NCBI GenBank assembly: GCA_021296415.1
Contig: JAGWAL010000001.1
Coordinates: 16,720 to 80,719 of the forward strand
Origin: Acidimicrobiia bacterium
Lineage (GTDB): Bacteria; Actinomycetota; Acidimicrobiia; Acidimicrobiales; CATQHL01
Reading direction: 5' to 3'
Length of the DNA stretch: 64,000 nt
The notes below the pieces were generated by a model that was not told the origin of the DNA, ran no database searches, and saw only the letters and a list, made by a program, of their open reading frames with translations. This document shows positions 57,389-64,000 of this stretch, piece by piece (the first letter of the stretch is position 1; the number at the start of each line of letters is the position of its first letter). A program made the translations under genes and the position numbers.

Positions 57389-59278
57389 TCAGCCACCCAG
57401 CGGCTCGACGCGGACCGCGGTGGCTTTGAACCCGGCGGTGCCGGAGAGCGGATCCCAGTCATCGGGCACCAGCAGGTTCGTGTCCACCTGCTCGGGGAAG
57501 TGGAACGTCAGGAACGCCAGACCCTCCACGAGATCGGGGTCGAAGCGCACCGGGGCCTCCACGGCGCCACGGCGGGACACCACCCTGACCAGGTCGCCTT
57601 CGGCGACCCCCAGGCGACGGGCGTCGGCGGCGCACAGATCCAACTCCTCCCGGCGTCGCAGGGGCGAGTCGAACGATCCCGACTGCACGCCCGTGTTGAA
57701 CGAGTCCAGGCGCCGTCCGGTCGTGAGGCGGATGGGGTAATCCTCGTCGAGACCGTCGAGAGGCGGTTCCCACTCCACCGGATAGAAGGCGACCCGGGGA
57801 CCTTCGAGGGGTTCGGCCCAGAGCCGGCCGTGCAGGAACTGCGTTCCCGGATGATCCTCGTCGGGGCACGGCCAGCGAATCCCTCCTGACGCCTCGAGCC
57901 TGGCGTAGCTCATACCGGTGTGAAACGCCGAGAGCGACCGCACCTCGTCCCAGACCGCCTCCGCATCGGGCTCACCCCAGTCGTGGCCCAGCCGGCGCGC
58001 CAGGGCGAAGACGATCGCCAGGTCGTCGCGTGCGCCTCCGGGGGGCGGCACCGCCGGGCGCACCAGTTGCACGCGCCGCTCGCTGGACGTCACGGTGCCG
58101 GCGGTCTCGGCGAAGCTCGCCGCCGCGGGGAGCACCACGTCCGCCATCTGGGCCGTGGCCGTGGCGAAGATGTCCTGGACCACCAGGAAGTCCAGATCTG
58201 CGAGCAGGCGGCGGGCGTGCGCCGCGTCCGCCTCGGAGTCCGCCGGATTCTCGCCCACGACGTAGAGCGACCGCAGGTGCCCCTCCTCCATGGCCTCGAA
58301 CATCTCCGACAGGTGCCAGCCGACCTGGGCGGGCACCGGCGCACCCCAGGCCGCCTCGAAACGCTGCCGCTCGGCGTCGTCGGTGAGGTCGGCGAATCCG
58401 GGCAGGCGGTGCGGCAGCGCGCCCATGTCCCCGCCTCCCTGCACGTTGTTCTGGCCCCGCAGTGGTGCGAGTCCCGAGCCGTAACGCCCGACGTGACCAC
58501 AGAGCAGAGCCAGGTTGATGAGCGCGAACACGTTGTCGGCGGCATTGTGGTGCTCGGTGATTCCCAGCGTCCAGCAAAGCTGGGCCCGCTCGGCGGTGGC
58601 GTACATGTGCGCCAGCTCGGCGATGGCATCGGCGGGCACGCCCGTGATGGACGCCGCCGCGTCCATCGTGTACGGCTCGACGCTCGCCGCGTACGCCTCG
58701 AAGTTGCCGGTGGCGTGCCCGATGAAATACTCGTTGTGCAGCCCGGCGGCGATGATCTCCCGCGCGACGGCATTCGCCAGGGCGATGTCGGACCCCACGT
58801 CGAGGCCCAGCCACAGGTCGGCGAAGCGTGCCGAGGCGCTGCGCCGCGGGTCGATCACCACCAGCTTCGCACCGTTGTCCCGGCCCCGCAGCATGCGGTG
58901 GAACATGATCGGGTGGGCGTTGCGGGCGTTGGAGCCCCACAGCACGATCAGGTCTGTGTGTTCGAGTTCCTCATACGAACTCGTCCCTCCCCCGACTCCG
59001 AAGACCGTCGCCAGACCGACGACGCTGGGGGCATGTCAAGTTCGATTGCAACTGTCGATGTTGTTGGAGCCCAAAACGGTGCGGGCGAACTTCTGGAGGG
59101 TGTAGTTCAACTCGTTCGTCGCCTTGGAGCAACTGAAGGCGCCGAAGCTCCGAGCCCCGTGACGCTCGACCGAACGCTGCAAGCCACCCGCCGCGGCTGC
59201 GAGCGCCTCGGGCCAAGGGGCCGGCCGCAGCTCGCCCCCGGCATCGCGCACCAGCGGCTCGGTGAGGCGTTGGAGCAT
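57389..59278 (-). CDS. Formate dehydrogenase alpha subunit, molybdopterin portion, selenocysteine-type (TGA at 59036-59038 read as Sec)
   Basis: The track splits this gene into ORFs 59036..59278 and 57389..58945. Translating across the gap gives ...GSNNIDSCNRT-TGA-HAPSVVGLATVFGVGGGTSSYEELEHTDLIVLWGSNARNAHPIMF. This is colinear with FdhF/FdnG, and the TGA falls exactly at the Sec/Cys active-site position. The C-terminal part is a MopB/molydop_binding domain. Confidence 0.8.
59004..59023 (-). promoter_or_regulatory. SECIS-like hairpin downstream of the in-frame TGA
   Basis: In mRNA sense the region reads UGA CAU GCC CCC AGC GUC GUC GGU CUG GCG ACG. The stem is CGUCG/CGACG (plus G-U extensions) and the apical loop is GUCUGG. 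GGUCUG begins 18 nt after UGA, as in E. coli fdhF as I recall it. Confidence 0.5.
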
Positions 59279-59287
59279 GGCCGGTGC

Positions 59288-59611
59288 CTACTCCCCGGCG
59301 CCGGCGACGGCCGATATCTCCACGCCGGGCCGGTAGTGGATGAAGAGTTCCTCGATGACCTCGCGGAGCCCCGCCGTGTCGGCGCCCTTGCTCATGTCGA
59401 GCGTGATGACGTTGGAGTTGATGTGCATGCCGTCGATCGAACCGTCGGCGAACAACCGGCGGGCCAGCTCATCGGGCGGGCGGAGACGGTGCGGGGGCGG
59501 CGGGGCGTCGTAGTACTCGTGTCCCATGCCGGTGAGCGAGCGGTTGATCTCGAATCGCACCACGCCCGGGCGCGAGGACGGCTTCTCGATGACGGTGACG
59601 GGCTGTCCCAC
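59288..59611 (-). CDS. Nfu/NifU N-terminal-domain-like small protein
   Basis: The 107-aa product has VVRFEINRSL...ARRLFADGSIDGMHINSNVITLDMSKGAD...EVIEELF, which resembles the Nfu_N scaffold domain. Its stop lies 9 nt before the FdhA-C ATG. Confidence 0.5.
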   Translation of the reverse strand: MGQPVTVIEKPSSRPGVVRFEINRSLTGMGHEYYDAPPPPHRLRPPDELARRLFADGSIDGMHINSNVITLDMSKGADTAGLREVIEELFIHYRPGVEISAVAGAGE

Positions 59612-59622
59612 GGGTGCTCATG

Positions 59623-60408
59623 CTAGCGGCGCTCCAGCAGCCCTAACTGCTGCTCGGCGCCCGTGACCGCCGGAGACCCCGAGGGGAGGTGCTGCATGTA
59701 CGCCCAGGTGCGCCGGTGGATCGCCGAGGGGCCCCAGGCGGCCAGCGCGGCGCGGTGCCGCGGGCAGGGGTACCCCTTGTTGCGATCGAAGTCGTAGACC
59801 GGATAGTCGCCGGCCTGCTGCACCATGCCGCGGTCACGCCAGACCTTGGCGAGAATCGATGCGGCCGCCAGCGACACACAGCGGGCGTCTCCCCCGACCA
59901 CGGTGCGCACCGGTCCCTCGAAGCGCCCGGCAACCGTTGACGGTGACCCCGGTTGGGGTGACACGAAATCCCAGCGACCGTCGAGCAACACGCCGTCGGG
60001 GCGGACCGCCAGCGACTCCAGGGCGCGCGCTGCGGCAAGGCGCTGCGCCGCCGACATGCCGAGTCCGTCGCACTCGGCGGCGCTGGTAAAGCCCACCGAC
60101 CAGCCGGCGCAGCCCTCTGCAATCAGCTCGAACAGCTGCTCGCGTCGCGCCGGGCGCAGCTGCTTGGAGTCGCGCACACGCTCGGCGAACGTGCCATGAC
60201 CTCCCCCGTGGCGCAGCACCACCGCGGCCACGACGAGCGGGCCCGCCCAGGCGCCCCGCCCGACTTCGTCCAGACCGGCCACGGTCCGGCATCCGGCATC
60301 CCAGAACTCCTGCTCGCGTGCGAGATCGGGTCGCACGGCCTTCGCAACGGCGGCGTCAAGCGGCGCCGGTGCGCACACCGGTCTCAGGCCGCTCTCCCGG
60401 ATGCGCAC
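59623..60408 (-). CDS. rnhB: Ribonuclease HII
   Basis: Motifs are VAGLDEVGRGAWAGPLVVAAVVL, VRDSKQL and SIASILAKV-like AASILAKVWRD. The start is uncertain; GTG 60408 was chosen. Confidence 0.8.
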   Translation of the reverse strand: MRIRESGLRPVCAPAPLDAAVAKAVRPDLAREQEFWDAGCRTVAGLDEVGRGAWAGPLVVAAVVLRHGGGHGTFAERVRDSKQLRPARREQLFELIAEGCAGWSVGFTSAAECDGLGMSAAQRLAAARALESLAVRPDGVLLDGRWDFVSPQPGSPSTVAGRFEGPVRTVVGGDARCVSLAAASILAKVWRDRGMVQQAGDYPVYDFDRNKGYPCPRHRAALAAWGPSAIHRRTWAYMQHLPSGSPAVTGAEQQLGLLERR

Positions 60409-60573
60409 CGACCACCCATGCCCGGCAGGGTTCGAGTCACGAGGCGACTGTAGGCGCCGGCGGCACTCGAGCCCGTGACCTCCGCCAACCGGGCAGAGGC
60501 GGCGCGCGCCACGGACCGGGGCTCTGTCACCGTTCCCCGCGCTGGGCCGCGGCGGGGGCGGCACGGGGTCGGC

Positions 60574-62049
60574 TCAGGGGCGAAGCAGCGCCTCGCCGGC
60601 CGGTTCCCGCGTGCTCCAGGTGGCCGCCAGTGCGGCGGCCGTGATCTGCAGCGGCCCGGGAGCGGCCGGTCCGGTGTCGCCGCCGGTGCCGGCGCCCGCC
60701 ACTGCGGCGGCCCACGACTCGAGCCGGTTGCCCGGAGGAACGATCTCCCAGAGCAGCGCGGGAGTGGCGGCGTGCCAGCGGAGTGCGAACGAGAGGACAC
60801 CGCGGTGCGTACCGAGACGATGAACCTCGACGGGCGGGCGCCTGCTGCCGAAGTCCGCAGTCGCCGCCGCGCCTGCCAGCAGGTCGAGCGCGCCATGGCG
60901 TTCGCGCACGAGGAGGTCCCGCAGCACGAGCAGGTAGGCCGCCCGGTACAGAGGGTCGTCACCGCTGCGGTCCGAGGCCCAGCCGCCGGTCGGGCCGGCG
61001 TTCGCAGCCATGGTCGCGACGGCTGCCGTTCCCGCATCGAAGCACGCGGCGATCCGCGCCGCTTCCTGGCGGGCGAGGCGGGCGATGGCGTCGGGCCTCC
61101 TCGCCGCACGCAGCGAGACCATCTCCGCCGCCCGGCGGGCGAAACCCGCGACAGCCAGCGCGGCGGCCAGCAGAGCCCGCTCGGCCGGCGAGAACCGCCC
61201 GTCGGGCCCATGGGATGCCTCGGTGCCGACCTCCAGGGCAAGCAGGCGACGAATCGCCGCCGCAGCCACGGCTGCCACGCGACCGCTCGCCAGGCCGTCG
61301 ACGCGCAGGCCCCCGGCAGCGTGCGTGTCCCAACCACTGCCCACCTGTGCCAGCGTGGGAACGTCTGCCGGCACAGGCGATGGCGACGCCTCCGCCTGCA
61401 GCGGCAGCAGCACGCGCAGCGCGGACCCGTGCGCCACCGGCCAGGTCAGCGTGGCGCCCGCCCGGCCGTGGCGGCTGCGCACCCGCCGCGAACCCTCGGG
61501 ATCAGAAGGCCCGGCCCGCGCTGCCCCTTCCGGAATGTCGAGCGCCGCGGCGGCATCCATGGCCAGGCGCACCTCTGCCGGCGGGCGCTCCCACCACAGC
61601 GCCGGCGATCCGTTCGCCTGCACACCGGCGTCGTCGACCTGCACCCGCCACAGCCCACCCGGCCGCCAGAAGTCGCCGGGCTGCACCGCCAGCCGCACGG
61701 CCACGGGTGCCGGCGTGTCGTTCTGCACGTCCACCACGCCGACCGCGCCCGCACCGGCGGTCGGGGCGAGGCAGACGTAAACCAGCTGCGAGATGTCACC
61801 CTCGCCGGCGCGCAGCACGGTCTCCAGACCGGCCGGCGCCGCTGCTCCGGCACCGGCGGCTCTCTGGCGCGCCGTGGACCCGACCCCCGGGACGGCGCGG
61901 CCCGTGCCGGTGAACACCTCCCAGGCAAGCGACCAGCCATTGCGACCGGTGACGATCCGCCCCGCCGGGTCGACCGCCATCGCCCCGCGTCCGCCCACGG
62001 CGCCCAGCACCGACCACCGCTCCGGGAGCGCGTCTGCGCGCCGGTCCAC
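60574..62049 (-). CDS. Ala/Gly-rich hypothetical protein (491 aa)
   Basis: This is a long frame with GC3-type codon usage. The GTG at 62049 lies directly after the gpsA stop. No family or motif is recognised. Confidence 0.5.
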   Translation of the reverse strand: MDRRADALPERWSVLGAVGGRGAMAVDPAGRIVTGRNGWSLAWEVFTGTGRAVPGVGSTARQRAAGAGAAAPAGLETVLRAGEGDISQLVYVCLAPTAGAGAVGVVDVQNDTPAPVAVRLAVQPGDFWRPGGLWRVQVDDAGVQANGSPALWWERPPAEVRLAMDAAAALDIPEGAARAGPSDPEGSRRVRSRHGRAGATLTWPVAHGSALRVLLPLQAEASPSPVPADVPTLAQVGSGWDTHAAGGLRVDGLASGRVAAVAAAAIRRLLALEVGTEASHGPDGRFSPAERALLAAALAVAGFARRAAEMVSLRAARRPDAIARLARQEAARIAACFDAGTAAVATMAANAGPTGGWASDRSGDDPLYRAAYLLVLRDLLVRERHGALDLLAGAAATADFGSRRPPVEVHRLGTHRGVLSFALRWHAATPALLWEIVPPGNRLESWAAAVAGAGTGGDTGPAAPGPLQITAAALAATWSTREPAGEALLRP

Positions 62050-62054
62050 GCCCC

Positions 62055-63089
62055 CTACCGGAACGGCTCGGGCTCCGGGCGCAGGCTCCGCCCCAGCAGG
62101 TTCCCGTAGGCCTCCCGAGGGTCGCGCCCGCCGTCGAGCACCTCGCACAGTTCGGAGGTGATCGGCATCTCGAGGCGATGCTCGGTGGCCAGTTCGAGCA
62201 CCACCCGCGCCGTTTTCACCCCCTCCGCCACCTGCTGCATGGCGGCGGTGATCTCACCGAGGCTCCTCCCCCGCCCGAGTTCGACCCCGACGTGATGGTT
62301 ACGGCTCTGCGGACTGAGACACGTGGCCAGAAGGTCCCCCAGGCCGGCGAGGCCGGCGAACGTCGACGGCTCTCCACCCATCGCGACACCCAAGCGGGTC
62401 ACTTCGGCGAGGCCGCGCGTGATCAGGGCCGCCCGGCTGTTGTCCGCCAGACCCAAGCCCTCGGCCATTCCCACGGCGAGGGCGACCACGTTCTTCAGCG
62501 CCCCACCCAGCTCGCAACCCACGACGTCACCGCCGACGTACACCCGGAAGTGCTCACGGGCGAACAGCGGCCGGAGACGCTCCGCCGCGGTCACGTCGCT
62601 CATTGCCAGAACGGCCGCGGCGGGCGAGCCGGCGAGCACCTCCCGCGCCAGGTTCGGGCCGGTGAGGACGCCGACGGGGTGCCCCGGTGCGAGTTCGCCG
62701 ATGATCTCCGACATCCTTCGGTTCGAGCCCTGCTCGAGGCCCTTGCTGAGGCTCACGATCGGAATCCCCGGTTCCAGATGGGGCACCACCGCCGCCAGCA
62801 CGCTGCGGAACACGTGCGAGGGAACCGCCATGGCCACGACCGCGGTGTCGGCGACCATCGCCGCAAGATCGTGGCCGGCCTCCAGGGACGCTGCGAGGGC
62901 GAACCCCGGCAGGTACTGCTCGTTGGTGGCCCGGGCGTTGATCTCGGTGGCGATCTCCCGGCGCCGGCACCACAGCCGCGTGGGCGCGTTGGCCGCGACC
63001 TGTGACGCCACCGTGGTCCCCCAGGACCCGGCACCCACCACCGTCACGCGCTGCACCGGCGTGACAGTACCGCCCGCGCCCACCGGCAT
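62055..63089 (-). CDS. gpsA: NAD(P)H-dependent glycerol-3-phosphate dehydrogenase
   Basis: Motifs are VTVVGAGSWGTTVA, SLSKGLE and GPNLAREV. Confidence 0.9.
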   Translation of the reverse strand: MPVGAGGTVTPVQRVTVVGAGSWGTTVASQVAANAPTRLWCRRREIATEINARATNEQYLPGFALAASLEAGHDLAAMVADTAVVAMAVPSHVFRSVLAAVVPHLEPGIPIVSLSKGLEQGSNRRMSEIIGELAPGHPVGVLTGPNLAREVLAGSPAAAVLAMSDVTAAERLRPLFAREHFRVYVGGDVVGCELGGALKNVVALAVGMAEGLGLADNSRAALITRGLAEVTRLGVAMGGEPSTFAGLAGLGDLLATCLSPQSRNHHVGVELGRGRSLGEITAAMQQVAEGVKTARVVLELATEHRLEMPITSELCEVLDGGRDPREAYGNLLGRSLRPEPEPFR

Positions 63090-63116
63090 CGAAACCCGCC
63101 GGCGCGCCCGGGTCGT

Positions 63117-64000
63117 TCAGAAGATCACGCCGCCGGCACGCAGCGCCTCGACGTCCGCACCGCACAGCCCCGCGATGATCTCGTCGGTGTCCCGACCCGG
63201 CTCGGGGGCATGGGGTCGCCAGTCCGCAGGCGTCCCGGAGAATCGCACCGGAGGTCGGCTCTGGCGCATCCGTCCCGCTGCCGGGTGGGTGCTGTCGACG
63301 AAGAACTCCCGGTGAGCCAGTTGAGGATGGTCGGGAAGGTCGGGCACCGCCACGGCGGGGCTGTGCGGCACGTCGCAGGACTCCAGCCGGGTACATGCCT
63401 CCTTCACCGGCAGGGCTGCCAAGCGATCGCGGATCTCTCGCCATACCTGGCGTGCGAGGCCGCGGTTGCTATGACGTCCCGCCATCGATGCCAGCCGCTC
63501 GTCGGCCTCGACCTCCAGGGCGCGGCAAAGGCCGGCGTACTGATCGTCTGTCAGCGCCACGATGTACATCCACCCGTCGGCGCAGGCCATCGGCTTGACG
63601 TGGGCTCCCGGATCCGAGCGCTGCGGCCCGTCGTAGTCCAGCAGCGTCTCGCGCCCGGCGGCGTCCACCCAGAGGAACGAAGCCGACACCTCCAGCATGG
63701 CGACCTCGACGTGCTGGCCGCCGGCTCCCCGCTCCCGCGCCAGCAGGGCAGCCGTGGCGGCCTGGACCGCGGTCAGCGCCGTGAGCTTGTCCGAGACGGT
63801 ATGGCGCAGGTTGTGCGGCTCGCCCGTCCCGACGTCGGCCTCGAGGGCAGCAATGCCCGAGGCGGCCTGGATGATGCCGTCGTAGGCGGGGCGGTCGGCG
63901 TAAGGCCCGGTCGGCCCGAAACCGGTCACCGAGACGAGGATCACGTCGGGATTGACGGCGCGCAGGTGCTCGTAGGACACGCCGAGGCGGTCGGCCACGC
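63117..64000 (-). CDS. Family III CoA-transferase (CaiB/BaiF), 5' end outside the window
   Basis: LRAVNPDVILVSVTGFGPTGPYADRPAYDGIIQAASG is a typical family III core. The frame stays open to the window edge, so the gene is partial. Confidence 0.8.
   Translation of the reverse strand, partial: VADRLGVSYEHLRAVNPDVILVSVTGFGPTGPYADRPAYDGIIQAASGIAALEADVGTGEPHNLRHTVSDKLTALTAVQAATAALLARERGAGGQHVEVAMLEVSASFLWVDAAGRETLLDYDGPQRSDPGAHVKPMACADGWMYIVALTDDQYAGLCRALEVEADERLASMAGRHSNRGLARQVWREIRDRLAALPVKEACTRLESCDVPHSPAVAVPDLPDHPQLAHREFFVDSTHPAAGRMRQSRPPVRFSGTPADWRPHAPEPGRDTDEIIAGLCGADVEALRAGGVIF

Noticed and set aside
59036-59038. Reading the in-frame TGA as a nonsense mutation (an fdhA pseudogene)
   Set aside because: The TGA falls exactly on the Sec/Cys active-site codon. 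The frame is otherwise intact for 629 codons, and a SECIS-like hairpin follows at canonical spacing. A pseudogene cannot be fully excluded without knowing whether sel genes exist.
32343-59293. Calling the 27-kb accessory segment a mobile element feature
   Set aside because: No recombinase, transposase, conjugation or replication gene is visible. The terminal direct repeat is only 8 bp with one mismatch, which could be chance. It is reported as a finding, not as an annotated mobile element.

Overview
This is a 64-kb window from a very GC-rich, actinobacterial-type chromosome. Gene content and order look Actinomycetota/Acidimicrobiia-like, but the taxon cannot be proven from this sequence. I support about 60 genes. 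Most are on the minus strand and tightly packed, with many 1-4 nt start/stop overlaps.

Core regions (1-32.3 kb and 59.3-64 kb) carry housekeeping genes: pfk, a class I/II aminotransferase, a ROK glucokinase, a GT4 glycosyltransferase, queG, trpD, a glpK-like kinase, RNase P RNA, three tRNAs (Val, Met, Asn), dnaG followed by a sigma-70 family gene, glyQS, recO, uppS, a DinG-like helicase, era, a CBS/CNNM protein, ybeY, phoH, rnhB and gpsA.

Embedded in the left core part is one uninterrupted 1124-codon ORF. It fuses a squalene-epoxidase-type flavoprotein to an oxidosqualene cyclase (DCTAE motif), which together perform the two steps that commit squalene to sterols.

Accessory block (about 32.3-59.3 kb) contains:
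- pieces of an NAD-type formate dehydrogenase
- a CoxMSL-type molybdenum hydroxylase
- four paralogous alpha-only Rieske oxygenases
- an NTF2-like protein
- an M24 hydrolase
- an internally deleted amidase relic
- a BMP-family ABC importer
- a plus-strand five-gene partner-switching/two-component signalling operon

The formate dehydrogenase alpha subunit is split in two. An Fe-S N-terminal gene sits at the left edge of the block. A molybdopterin gene with an in-frame TGA at the selenocysteine position, followed by a SECIS-like hairpin, sits at the right edge. The two pieces are in circularly permuted order.

I saw no CRISPR array, rRNA, transposase, integrase or recognisable defence gene. Most long track ORFs that overlap the called genes in other frames are GC-driven artefacts. 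Start codons were chosen by motif position, start/stop overlaps and RBS-like purine runs, so they may be off by a few codons.
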